Origin: an uncultured bacterium | GTDB taxonomy: Bacteria > Patescibacteriota > Minisyncoccia > UBA6257 > 2-01-FULL-56-20 | Assembly (NCBI GenBank): GCA_963707865.1 | Contig: OY970175.1 | Span: 144,748-208,747 of the forward strand | Direction: 5' to 3' | DNA length: 64,000 bases | Shown here: positions 28,054 to 37,055 of the stretch, one piece after another | How the letters are laid out: each line of letters opens with the position of its first letter | How positions within the stretch are numbered: the first letter of the stretch is position 1 | Notes under the pieces: generated by a model | The model's input: the letters and a program-made list of their open reading frames with translations, nothing else | The model's database searches: none | What the model was told of the DNA's origin: nothing | Program-made: the position numbers and the translations under genes

Positions 28054-29014
28054 GAGATTACCCTCTGCGGGGACGGAAGGGTTTTGGAGGTCCCTCATAA
28101 TTGATCTTTTGAGCGTCGCCTCCGCGCTCTGTTTCGGCTGGTTCTATTTCCACTATCTCTCTGTCGCTTCCTCGCCGTGGTATCTCTTCGCCGCGTTTCT
28201 CCTTTTCTCCGCGTGTTCCACGTCGCAGGTTTTTCTTGCGAAAAAGCTTGGGCGGCGAACACTCGTTATCTTGGGCGAATCGGTGGCGCTCGTCGCGTGC
28301 TTTTTGTTTTATGATAGCTGGTTGATTGCTGGCATCGCGGGACTCGTTGCGTTCGCGGTGCTCCTCTGGGGATGTCTCACGAGCCGTTCGGCGCTGCGCG
28401 GCAGTATTGAGATCCAATTCTTTAGGATAGCGCGAAGTGTGTTAGGGAAGGTAGTGACAGCCCTCGTTTTGGTCATGATTCTTGTGTATGTGCCGCAGGC
28501 AGAGAGTCAGGGGCAGCCGGTATTCGTGGCGCGCGGGGATTTTCATGTATTCTTTGATTGGGCCGAGGGCGTGGTGAATGGTTTCTATCCCAACGTTCCG
28601 CTCGCGGGTTCCTTCGGGGCGTTTGCGGAGAACATTGCAAGGACAGAGCTTGAGAAAAATCCGGCGTTCGGATCGCTAAGCCAATCGGAGCAGGATGGGG
28701 CGGTCGCGCAGGCAGCGGCGCAATTGACGGGGAGCGTGACGCAGATAACCAAGGTGGCGCCGGCGCCCGGCGAAACGGTGAGTGACGTAGCGTATGACTA
28801 CCTTGTCGCCACTCTCGTCGCGTTGCGGGACCATTTTCAAACTCAATTCATTGTGGTTTGGGCAATCATGTTGTTTTGCATTCTCCGCATGATCGGCATT
28901 GCATTCGTTTGGGTCGCTGAGTTTGCATCGCTTATCGTCTACGAAATCTTGCTCGCAACCGGATTCATGCATATAGATAAGATTACGCAGACCCAAGAGG
29001 TCATTGTGTATTAA
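27983..29014 (+). CDS. Multi-pass membrane hypothetical protein
   Basis: 343-aa ORF with about 7 TM segments between dnaK and dnaJ; start uncertain (overlaps dnaK end). Confidence 0.75.
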   Translation: MMEINPATLTGPRTQSQNLINPTKRLPSAGTEGFWRSLIIDLLSVASALCFGWFYFHYLSVASSPWYLFAAFLLFSACSTSQVFLAKKLGRRTLVILGESVALVACFLFYDSWLIAGIAGLVAFAVLLWGCLTSRSALRGSIEIQFFRIARSVLGKVVTALVLVMILVYVPQAESQGQPVFVARGDFHVFFDWAEGVVNGFYPNVPLAGSFGAFAENIARTELEKNPAFGSLSQSEQDGAVAQAAAQLTGSVTQITKVAPAPGETVSDVAYDYLVATLVALRDHFQTQFIVVWAIMLFCILRMIGIAFVWVAEFASLIVYEILLATGFMHIDKITQTQEVIVY

Positions 29015-29058
29015 TATTAATGGATTTTTAATGTCCGTGTAGTATCATAGAAAGTACT

Positions 29059-30174
29059 ATGAAAGATTATTATCATATTTTGGGGATTGCGAAGAATGCT
29101 TCCGACGAGGAGGTGAAAAAAGCGTACCGCAAGCTCGCGCACCAGTACCACCCGGACAAGCCGGGCGGCGACGAAAGCAAATTCAAGGAGATCAATGAAG
29201 CGTACCAGATACTCTCGGACGGGACGAAGCGAGCCCAGTATGACCGTTTCGGCACTGCGGAGCCGGCGGGCGCGGGATTTGGCGGCGTCCAATGGGGCGG
29301 TTTTCCGGGAGGAACTCCCAATTGGGAAGGGTTCGGTTTTGATCCGCAGAACTTTGGCGACATGGGGGACCTTAACGATATTTTTGAGAGCTTTTTTGAG
29401 GGGATAGGCGTGCGTCCTGCGCGGAAAACGTACGAGCGGGGCTCGGACCTTGAACTACACGAGGAAATCACGCTTGAGGAAGCGTTTCGCGGCGTGACGA
29501 AGGCCCTGCACCTGCGTACGCTTGTGCAATGCGCGAAGTGCGGCGGCAAGGGCGCCGAGGCAGGGAGCGGCTTTGAAAAATGTTCCACCTGTGATGGGCG
29601 CGGCGAGATCCGCGAACAGCGCAGGACGTTTTTCGGCAGTTTCTCGCAGGTGAAGACCTGCGCGAAATGCCACGGCACGGGTGAAGTTCCAAAGAAAGCA
29701 TGCGGTGCATGTAAGGGAGCTGGCCGGGTTGAGGCCGCGCGCGAGGTGAGTGTAGAACTTTTACCGGGCATTGAGGATAACCAATTGATCAAGGTTAAGG
29801 GGATGGGCGAAGCAGGCGAGCGCGGTACGGCGGCGGGCGACCTTTATGTCCGCGTGCGCGTAAAACCGCATCACCTTTTTGAAAGGCACGGGAACGATCT
29901 CGTTGTCTCGCAGGAATTGAACGTTGTTCATCTTCTCCTCGGTAAGAAAATTGAGGTGCCGACCATCTCGGGCGGGAAGATCACCGTGGAGATTCCCGCG
30001 CATTTCAACCTGAAAGAGAACTTGCGGATCCCGGGCGAAGGCATGCCGCGTTTCGGCGCCTCGTCTTCCTTCGGCGGCCGCGGCGATCTCTTTGTAAACT
30101 TCATCATCAAAGCTCCGAAGAAATTGGGCGCGAAGGCGAAGAAATTACTGGAAGACTTGGAGGGAGAAGAGTAA
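29059..30174 (+). CDS. dnaJ: Chaperone DnaJ
   Basis: HPD J-domain, four CxxCxGxG repeats. Confidence 0.97.
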   Translation: MKDYYHILGIAKNASDEEVKKAYRKLAHQYHPDKPGGDESKFKEINEAYQILSDGTKRAQYDRFGTAEPAGAGFGGVQWGGFPGGTPNWEGFGFDPQNFGDMGDLNDIFESFFEGIGVRPARKTYERGSDLELHEEITLEEAFRGVTKALHLRTLVQCAKCGGKGAEAGSGFEKCSTCDGRGEIREQRRTFFGSFSQVKTCAKCHGTGEVPKKACGACKGAGRVEAAREVSVELLPGIEDNQLIKVKGMGEAGERGTAAGDLYVRVRVKPHHLFERHGNDLVVSQELNVVHLLLGKKIEVPTISGGKITVEIPAHFNLKENLRIPGEGMPRFGASSSFGGRGDLFVNFIIKAPKKLGAKAKKLLEDLEGEE

Positions 30175-30207
30175 TCAGGGGTTTCTACTGCCGGTGTTTG
30201 CTCCGAG

Positions 30208-30759
30208 CTATCTGATAAAAAAGAGAGCGCATACGGCAGCGAGGAAAACAAGTAACTCGACGATCGCATATGAATGGCATCTGAGGTAGATGTTCCGTAT
30301 CCAATCCTTATCTCCATATTGCATTGAGAGTCTGCGAACCTCTTCGGGACTCCAGGAATAAAATACTTTTTGCGGTAACCCGTTTTTGGATGTGTCGTAG
30401 TGATAGAAAAATGCATAGTGATTTTTGGAAAATGGATATAACCACTGAATGCCCCACCCTATGCCGATTGAGTCGTGCACGAAATGAAGGAGCGTTGTTA
30501 TGCCGAACAAGAGCGCGTAGGGCAAATCAAAAAAAGAAATAATGATCATTCCAAACAGGATGAAGGGGAGGGGATAATGAAGAAGATACCTGTGTTCGTG
30601 AGCGAGCACGGTCCCTCGTTTTCGAACGGCAAAAAGGAAATCGATATCAGGCAAAAGAGAAAATAAAATTCCCGCTCCAATGAGAACGGGGCCGCCGATT
30701 CCGAAAAGGCGGCGTACAAAAAGCGCAGAGAGAATCCCAATTCCAACATCAAGCAACAT
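30208..30759 (-). CDS. Membrane metal-dependent hydrolase (YdjM/YbcI-like)
   Basis: SLLPDID, HRYLLH, HFVHD, WLYPF. Confidence 0.85.
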   Translation of the reverse strand: MLLDVGIGILSALFVRRLFGIGGPVLIGAGILFSLLPDIDFLFAVRKRGTVLAHEHRYLLHYPLPFILFGMIIISFFDLPYALLFGITTLLHFVHDSIGIGWGIQWLYPFSKNHYAFFYHYDTSKNGLPQKVFYSWSPEEVRRLSMQYGDKDWIRNIYLRCHSYAIVELLVFLAAVCALFFIR

Positions 30760-30796
30760 AATCCTATTATAGCTTGAGAGGGATGATGTCCATTTG

Positions 30797-30834
30797 TGCC
30801 CCCGTGAGGATTCGAACCTGCGACCATCTCCTTA
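30797..30834 (-). pseudogene. 3' half of an interrupted, degenerate tRNA-Lys
   Basis: TAAGGAGATGGTCGCAGGTTCGAATCCTCACGGGGGCA; 34/38 identical to the 3' half of the intact tRNA-Lys 90 nt away. Confidence 0.85.
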
Positions 30835-30848
30835 CCATCGGCAGCGAA

Positions 30849-30993
30849 TTGAAAATAAAAGCGTAGCCATTTTGTGTGGGGCATAGTGCCCCCACCAGGA
30901 TTCGAACCTGGGACCATCTCCTTAAAAGGGAGCTGCTCTGCCAACTGAGCTATAGGGGCACTCTGCCCAAAATAGCTACACTTTTATTTTCAA
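30849..30993. repeat. 26-bp inverted repeat enclosing tRNA-Lys
   Basis: TTGAAAATAAAAGCGTAGCCATTTTG (30849-30874) vs CAAAATAGCTACACTTTTATTTTCAA (30968-30993); both differences are G-U pairs on the tRNA strand. Confidence 0.9.
30887..30959 (-). tRNA. tRNA-Lys(UUU)
   Basis: GCCCCTA TA GCTC AGTTGGCA GAGC A GCTCC CTTTTAA GGAGA TGGTC CCAGG TTCGAAT CCTGG TGGGGGC A; CCA not encoded. Confidence 0.93.
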
Positions 30994-31024
30994 TGAGCGA
31001 ACCAATGGGCGAATTCTTATTCGC

Positions 31025-31060
31025 AAAGGGAGTCAGCTCTCATAACTGAGCTATAGGGGT
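31025..31060 (-). pseudogene. 5' half of an interrupted, degenerate tRNA-Lys
   Basis: ACCCCTATAGCTCAGTTATGAGAGCTGACTCCCTTT; D-loop GG lost; ends within the anticodon. Confidence 0.85.
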
Positions 31061-31121
31061 ATTTCGTTGTTATTGTACGGGAAATGTGGGATAGTTTCAA
31101 CTTGTGATAGAATAACAGGAA

Positions 31122-31496
31122 ATGGACAACGTACCGGTTCCGTCACTTCCTATCTGTCCCACGTGCCATCAGTCGGTGCAGCCGGAGTTTTATTTTTGTC
31201 CGAACTGCGGAGGGGCGCTCAAAGAGAAACCACTTTCCACGACGCAGGCAACGCAGGCGTGGATTTATGCGTTGAGCATTGTTATGCCGTGGATCGCGTT
31301 CTTGGCGTTACATTATTGGCCGGGAGTCAAATATATCAGATCCGATGATGAAAACGCGAAACAGATCGGCATCATCGCTTCCGTGCTTATGGGAATCTCC
31401 ACGATTGTCATGATATGGCTTTTGATCGTATGGACACAGCAATTAGTCCAGTCATCGGTGAACGATATCGGGAATCTCGGAGGCTTGGGCGGATAG
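31122..31496 (+). CDS. Zinc-ribbon membrane protein
   Basis: CPTC...FCPNCG followed by two TM helices. Confidence 0.8.
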   Translation: MDNVPVPSLPICPTCHQSVQPEFYFCPNCGGALKEKPLSTTQATQAWIYALSIVMPWIAFLALHYWPGVKYIRSDDENAKQIGIIASVLMGISTIVMIWLLIVWTQQLVQSSVNDIGNLGGLGG

Positions 31497-31505
31497 TAAC
31501 AGAGC

Positions 31506-32156
31506 ATGAGATGGATCGTTGGCATAGATGAGGTTGGCCGCGGAGCGCTTGCGGGACCGGTCGTGGTCGCTGCCGCAGCGGTGCCCGCCGGATTTAAACC
31601 GTACAATCGCACACTCGGCACGTTAAAAGATTCCAAGAAATTGAGCGCGAAGAAACGCGAAGCGTGGTGCGCGTATTGGAACGAACATCAGATCGTAGAA
31701 TTTGCCTTAGCGCGGGTGTATCCGCGCCAGATAGAGAAACGAAATATATCAAATGCCGCCAATCTTGCTGCAGAACGTGCATTCGTGAAGCTGATGAAGG
31801 GAAAGCAGCTGCGAAGAAGCAAGCAGCAGCATGACGGCAAAAGTGGCCGCGCGCACAAGTGGCCGCACATTTTCCTTGACGGCGGCCTTTTTTTGGGCAA
31901 GGGCGAGCAGCCGAAGGGTGCAAAGACAATCGTGAAGGGCGACGAAAAGATAAACGCCGTAAAGATTGCCTCGGTTGTGGCGAAGGTTCATCGCGACCGC
32001 CTGATGCGGCGCCTTTCGAAACGGTATCCCGCATACGGTTTTGAAAGCCACAAAGGATATGGGACGAAAGCGCATCGAAACGCGATCCAAACGCACGGTC
32101 CCTGTCCCGCGCACCGTTTGACGTTCGTCACAAAATCATTTATCATGGACGCATAG
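31506..32156 (+). CDS. rnhB: Ribonuclease HII
   Basis: GIDEVGRGALAGPV, DSKKL, KGDE, ASVVAKV, HKGYGT. Confidence 0.95.
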   Translation: MRWIVGIDEVGRGALAGPVVVAAAAVPAGFKPYNRTLGTLKDSKKLSAKKREAWCAYWNEHQIVEFALARVYPRQIEKRNISNAANLAAERAFVKLMKGKQLRRSKQQHDGKSGRAHKWPHIFLDGGLFLGKGEQPKGAKTIVKGDEKINAVKIASVVAKVHRDRLMRRLSKRYPAYGFESHKGYGTKAHRNAIQTHGPCPAHRLTFVTKSFIMDA

Positions 32157-32171
32157 ACACACGGCAAGGCA

Positions 32172-32324
32172 ATGGGAGGCGTACCAGTCAAACATCACTC
32201 AAAAGGGAAAGTGGGTCGGCGGCGGTCGCATTTGGCGATGAAAAAGCAGCGCCTGTTTGTCTGTAAAAATTGCGGCGCGCCGAAATTGGCGCACCGCGCC
32301 TGCGCGCAATGCGGAGCAAAATGA
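32172..32324 (+). CDS. rpmF: 50S ribosomal protein L32
   Basis: Not in ORF track. MGGVPVKHHSKGKVGRRRSHLAMKKQRLFVCKNCGAPKLAHRACAQCGAK. Confidence 0.93.
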   Translation: MGGVPVKHHSKGKVGRRRSHLAMKKQRLFVCKNCGAPKLAHRACAQCGAK

Positions 32325-32365
32325 AGGCGCGCGGATAGCGGGGCGGTCAGTTCTTTAGAAACACA

Positions 32366-32824
32366 ATGGCAACCAGACACTTAATTCGGACCGTGATTCT
32401 CCAGACCCTCTATGAGTGGGATTTTTACAGCCACAAAAAGGACGTGACGGAGATTTTGGAGCGGAACCTCGCCGAATTCGCCCCCGGCATTGATGAACCG
32501 GAGTTCGCGTGGAAAATTTTGAAGGGCGTCGTGGAGCACATAAAGAACATTGACAGTGTGATCACGAAAGCCGCTCCCGAGTGGCCATTGGATAGGATCG
32601 CCATCATTGACCGCAACATCCTGCGTATCGGCCTCTATGAGCTTTTGTATGCTGATCCCGAAGAAGTGCCGCCAAAGGTGGCCATCAACGAATCGATTGA
32701 GCTTGCGAAGAACTACGGTGGGCCGAACGCAGCGCGGTTCGTGAACGGCGTTTTGGGAACGATCTACCGCGAAGTGGGGGAGCGAAAGGCGGTGGACGTA
32801 GAACGTTCCACGCAAAAAAAATGA
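32366..32824 (+). CDS. nusB: Transcription antitermination factor NusB
   Basis: IDRNILR, VPPKVAINE, FVNGVL. Confidence 0.95.
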   Translation: MATRHLIRTVILQTLYEWDFYSHKKDVTEILERNLAEFAPGIDEPEFAWKILKGVVEHIKNIDSVITKAAPEWPLDRIAIIDRNILRIGLYELLYADPEEVPPKVAINESIELAKNYGGPNAARFVNGVLGTIYREVGERKAVDVERSTQKK

Positions 32825-33510
32825 TGGATACTGCATCCTTACAGAAAAAACTCGGAATTTCATTCAAGAACGAAGACCTGTTGACCGAAGCGCTGACTCA
32901 CCGTTCGTACTTGAATGAGTTCCCGAGATGGCGGTTGCCGCACAACGAGCGCCTGGAATATCTTGGCGACGCGGTTTTGGAGTTGCTCGTTTCGGAAGAG
33001 CTTTTCGCAAAATTTCCTGATTATCCCGAAGGGAAGTTGACCGTGCTCCGTGCGGCGCTCGTGAACTATCAGATTTTGGCGCGCATCGCGGAGTCCATCG
33101 ACTTGGATGATTTCATTTTGATGTCGCGCGGTGAACGGAGGGACACTGGCAAGGCGCGCGAGGTCATTCTCGCGAATGCAATTGAGGCCGTGATTGGCGC
33201 GATGTACTTGGACCAGGGGATCGAGAAAGTCCTCGCGTTCGTGAAAAAAAACATTATGAGCAATTTAGAGGATGTGATGAAGACGAAAAGCTACCGGGAC
33301 GCGAAGAGCGAACTGCAGGAAATAGTGCAGGAGAAATTGCGCGTTACGCCGACCTATCGCGTGATAGAAGAGGCAGGCCCCGCGCACAAGCGCGTGTTCA
33401 AAATGGGAGTGTATTTTGGCGAAAAATTCGTGGCTGATGGAGAGGGAGCATCCAAACAGGAAGCCGAGCTTGCGGCGGCGAAGAACGCGCTTAAAAAACG
33501 CCTCCTGTAA
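32821..33510 (+). CDS. rnc: Ribonuclease III
   Basis: ALTHRSY, NERLEYLGDAVL, C-terminal dsRBD. Confidence 0.97.
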   Translation: MMDTASLQKKLGISFKNEDLLTEALTHRSYLNEFPRWRLPHNERLEYLGDAVLELLVSEELFAKFPDYPEGKLTVLRAALVNYQILARIAESIDLDDFILMSRGERRDTGKAREVILANAIEAVIGAMYLDQGIEKVLAFVKKNIMSNLEDVMKTKSYRDAKSELQEIVQEKLRVTPTYRVIEEAGPAHKRVFKMGVYFGEKFVADGEGASKQEAELAAAKNALKKRLL

Positions 33511-33514
33511 CGCA

Positions 33515-35758
33515 ATGGCGCATTTTTTGAAACGGCTTGAATTAAACGGGTTCAAATCCTTCGCAGGGAAGACGGTTTTGGAATTTCCGGCGGGGATCGT
33601 TGCGATCGTGGGGCCGAACGGGTCAGGGAAATCGAATCTAGTCGATGCCCTGCGATGGCTCCTTGGGGAACGCGATGCGAAAAACCTGCGCGGCGGTAAA
33701 GTGGAAGACCTTATTTTCGCCGGAACCCAAAGGCGTCCGCGCGTCGGGATGGCGAACGCCAGTTTGCACTTTGAGAACCGGAACAAGTTTTTCCCGGTGG
33801 ATTTTGAGGAGGTTATGATCACGCGGCAGGTTTCGCGCGGCGGCGACAGCAAGTATTTTTTGAACAAGGCGGAAGTGCTTCTCCGCGACCTTGTTGATTT
33901 CTTTGCAAAGGCGCGCATGGGCTCGCGCGGGCTCATCATTATAGGCCAAGGCGACAGCGATCTTTTTGTCCGCTCAACGCCCATGGAACGTCGCGAGATG
34001 ATAGAGGAACTTTTGGGCCTCCGCGAATATCAGCTTAAAAAGGCGGATGCGGAGCGGCGACTGAAGAACAGCCGGATAAATTTGGATAAAACGAAAGCGC
34101 TGGTTGAGGAAATCCTACCGCACTTGCGGTCACTGAAGCGGCAGACAAATCGTTGGGAAAGACGCGGCGCGCTTGAAGAGGAATTGCGCGGGCTTGAGGC
34201 GGTTTTTTTTGGCTTCCAATTGAAGGAACTTGCGCGGCAGGGCAGGGAAGTGGAAGAAAAGATTGCGGTAAGTAAGAAGCAGTGGGAGGTTTTGGACCGC
34301 GCGCGGCGCGGGGCGGAAGCGCGGCAGGCGGAGATTGAAGCAAGCCAGCCGGCGGAGCAGAAGAGTCTTGCGGCGATACGCGCCGAGATCGGGTCGTTGG
34401 GAGAGAGACGGAGTGCTTTGCAGAAAGATCTCGGGCGCCTGGAGGCGCAGATTGAGCTTGCAGGATCGGGAAAAGCTAGCGTGAAGGGCAGCAGTCCCAC
34501 CACAGAGCGCCTTTTGAGTCTGGTTCGCATGGTGAAGGAGGAACTGGAACGCGCGCTTGAGGAAGATGCGCTTGAACTGCATGCGACGGCGGAAAATATC
34601 CTGGAGGAAATTAGGGACGTCCTTGTAGAGAAAGAAAAAGAAGACGGAAAATCGGAAGACGCGGAGGGTGGGCTTAAAGCGCAATTTGAGAAAATTTCCC
34701 GCGACCTCGCTCACATGGAGAAAGAAATTCTTGCGCTCCGTGAAAAAGAAAAATCCTTTGAGCAAAATCAGGAAAGCTTTTACAATATTTTCAAGGCCGC
34801 GGTTGCGGGTGTGCAGGCGGCGAAGGACCGGATAGGAGAGTGGGAAAACGAACATCGGGAGCACGTGCTCCAGAAAGAGCGGGTGGATTTGCGGCGCGGC
34901 GAGGTATTACACCAAATTGAGCAGGCAGGGCGGCGCGCGGAGGAATTCGCGCACGCAGAGGTTCCGGAAGCAATACATGAGGGCGATCTTCATACAATGG
35001 AGCAGCGGATTTTCCGACTACGTGGCGATCTCGCATCCATCGGTGAAATTGATCAAGCACTGATGAAAGAAGCGCGCGACACCGAAGCGCGGTATGCCTT
35101 CCTCACGAAGGAATCCGAGGATCTTCTAAAAGCAGTTGCAGACCTCATGCACCTCATGCAGGAATTAAGCGAAAAGATAAAAACGGAATTTGATAAATCG
35201 CTCGCGAAGATCAACGAGGAATTCGGCAAATTCTTCGCGCTTATGTTCGGTGGCGGCATGGCAAAACTGAAGGTGGAAAAGCCCAGGTTGGCGAAAGTTG
35301 AGGAAGGCAACGCGGAGGAGAGCGATGCGGGCGAAGGAACGACGCGTGACGAAGGAGAGAAGGCCGAGGAGGAAACGGCGATAGAAAAAGACGGCGGCGT
35401 GGAGATCGACATCCGTCTGCCGCGGAAAAAGGTTACGACGCTTGACATGCTCTCGGGTGGCGAGCGGAGCTTGGTCGGCATCGCCGCGCTTTTCGCGATG
35501 GTGGCCGTAAGTCCGCCGCCGTTTCTTGTATTGGACGAGGTTGACGCGCCGCTTGACGAGCGCAATGCCCGCCGCTTCGGCGATATGCTCAAGGACTTTT
35601 CAAAGCGGACGCAATTTATCATCGTGACCCACAACCGCGCGACGATGGAGGTGGCAGACATCCTCTATGGCGTGACGCTCGGCGAGGACGGGACGTCAAA
35701 GATCGTTTCCCTGAAGTTGGAACCGGCAACGGCTCACGCCGCTGCCAGTTCCTCTTAA
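33515..35758 (+). CDS. smc: Short SMC-family ATPase
   Basis: GFKSF, GPNGSGKSN, LSGGE, LDEVDAPLD; 747 aa, no recognisable hinge. Confidence 0.9.
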   Translation: MAHFLKRLELNGFKSFAGKTVLEFPAGIVAIVGPNGSGKSNLVDALRWLLGERDAKNLRGGKVEDLIFAGTQRRPRVGMANASLHFENRNKFFPVDFEEVMITRQVSRGGDSKYFLNKAEVLLRDLVDFFAKARMGSRGLIIIGQGDSDLFVRSTPMERREMIEELLGLREYQLKKADAERRLKNSRINLDKTKALVEEILPHLRSLKRQTNRWERRGALEEELRGLEAVFFGFQLKELARQGREVEEKIAVSKKQWEVLDRARRGAEARQAEIEASQPAEQKSLAAIRAEIGSLGERRSALQKDLGRLEAQIELAGSGKASVKGSSPTTERLLSLVRMVKEELERALEEDALELHATAENILEEIRDVLVEKEKEDGKSEDAEGGLKAQFEKISRDLAHMEKEILALREKEKSFEQNQESFYNIFKAAVAGVQAAKDRIGEWENEHREHVLQKERVDLRRGEVLHQIEQAGRRAEEFAHAEVPEAIHEGDLHTMEQRIFRLRGDLASIGEIDQALMKEARDTEARYAFLTKESEDLLKAVADLMHLMQELSEKIKTEFDKSLAKINEEFGKFFALMFGGGMAKLKVEKPRLAKVEEGNAEESDAGEGTTRDEGEKAEEETAIEKDGGVEIDIRLPRKKVTTLDMLSGGERSLVGIAALFAMVAVSPPPFLVLDEVDAPLDERNARRFGDMLKDFSKRTQFIIVTHNRATMEVADILYGVTLGEDGTSKIVSLKLEPATAHAAASSS

Positions 35759-35788
35759 AATCTCAGGTGGTCGTGTTAACATTATCTC

Positions 35789-36685
35789 GTGAGCCCGCGC
35801 CTCTTTTTCCTTTTTCACGTTCATTCGGAAAGATCCCATGATAGCTCGACCACAATTCGCGAGTATGTGGCATATTTGGAAAAAACCCTGAAGGAAAAAG
35901 AATATGCGGTTTTGGGCATATCGGACCATAACGTAATTCCATTATTGGTAAGCCAAGCGATAAGTTTTTCTACCAAAAAGGTGCTGGTCATCCCGGGCAT
36001 CCAATGGAAAATCAAAAAGAGGGTAGCCGACGCCATCCTAAAGCTAGTTGCGAGAAGAGAGTTGCTGACTTTCGGCAATCATGATGACCTGAGGGGTTAC
36101 ATCGGGAAGCTTCATTACCGAATTCTGCCTAACGAAGAGATCTTCGCTAATCTTACCGAAGAAGAGTTTTTAAAGTACGTCGCGCACAAACGGGAAATGA
36201 TGATCATCGTCCCGCACCCGAAGCATTTCGCCGTCGATTACTATGGAAAGAAACAAATCAAACATCTAAAGGGAGAGTTGGATGAGCGCAACGTCCGCCT
36301 CCCATTTTTGATAGAGGACAAGACCGGATATGATCCCTTCCCGAGAATCCTTTATGCATACAAAGGGAAATATCTAACCATTGGCGATCCGGATGCACAT
36401 GAAATATTCAGCATATTGGGGACGAGATCTCTCTTCTCCGCAGAAACGTTTATCAACGTCCCCGAGAACGAAAGAGTAATTAATCTATGGCGAAAGACTC
36501 TGTGCACAAATAGCCACGAGTACTATCAAGAAACCATTTTAGCGATATTTAAGCTATTAACCGAGCACAATGAGAACATCTATGTTAAAAAACACTATCT
36601 TAGGGCATGGCTCCAGTTCTTTCATTCCGTACCGATGTTCGTCAAGAGAAGATTCAGCAACTTTCCCTATAATTTCCTGAAATGA
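35789..36685 (+). CDS. PHP-domain-like protein, AT-rich
   Basis: FHVHSERSHDS, ISDHN, PHP, DAH metal-binding motifs. Confidence 0.7.
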   Translation: MSPRLFFLFHVHSERSHDSSTTIREYVAYLEKTLKEKEYAVLGISDHNVIPLLVSQAISFSTKKVLVIPGIQWKIKKRVADAILKLVARRELLTFGNHDDLRGYIGKLHYRILPNEEIFANLTEEEFLKYVAHKREMMIIVPHPKHFAVDYYGKKQIKHLKGELDERNVRLPFLIEDKTGYDPFPRILYAYKGKYLTIGDPDAHEIFSILGTRSLFSAETFINVPENERVINLWRKTLCTNSHEYYQETILAIFKLLTEHNENIYVKKHYLRAWLQFFHSVPMFVKRRFSNFPYNFLK

Positions 36686-36733
36686 GTTGAAACACTTTTT
36701 GTTAGGTGCTATTATCCTCTGAAGAGAAACACA

Positions 36734-36804
36734 GGGCCCATAGTAAAGTGGCATTACGCCGCATTCGCATTGCGGAGGCGGGAGTCCGATTCTCCCTGGG
36801 TCCA
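36734..36804 (+). tRNA. tRNA-Ala(CGC)
   Basis: GGGCCCA/TGGGTCC acceptor with G3:U70; CCGCA TTCGCAT TGCGG anticodon arm; T-loop TCCGATT. Confidence 0.88.
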
Positions 36805-36805
36805 C

Positions 36806-37021
36806 ATGCAGAGCATTTGGAATTTTCTGAGATACATCACGAACAATGAGGAGAGGTCGCGGCACGAGGAGATCTTTGACGCGATCTTTTGGGTGATTGA
36901 AACACTGGCGCTTATTTTTGGCACATGGATCCTTATTGCGCTGCGCGACCCGCAGTGGATAGCTTTTTTGTTCATTGAATATTGCTGGGCGATGGACAAC
37001 TTGCGGCATAACCGGCCGTAG
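36806..37021 (+). CDS. Small membrane protein (71 aa)
   Basis: MQSIWNFLRY...; ATG 1 nt after the tRNA discriminator; hydrophobic segments. Confidence 0.55.
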   Translation: MQSIWNFLRYITNNEERSRHEEIFDAIFWVIETLALIFGTWILIALRDPQWIAFLFIEYCWAMDNLRHNRP

Positions 37022-37055
37022 CCTGCCGGGAATTTTCTGGTATACTATAAGTCCT

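Noticed and set aside
30797-30834. attL/attR of an integrated prophage or island
   Set aside because: Only 90 nt from the intact tRNA, no integrase nearby, and a matching 5' half lies on the other side.
30546-30944. 132-aa ORF with repeated MVxGSNPxGGT
   Set aside because: Translation artefact of the duplicated tRNA T-arms.
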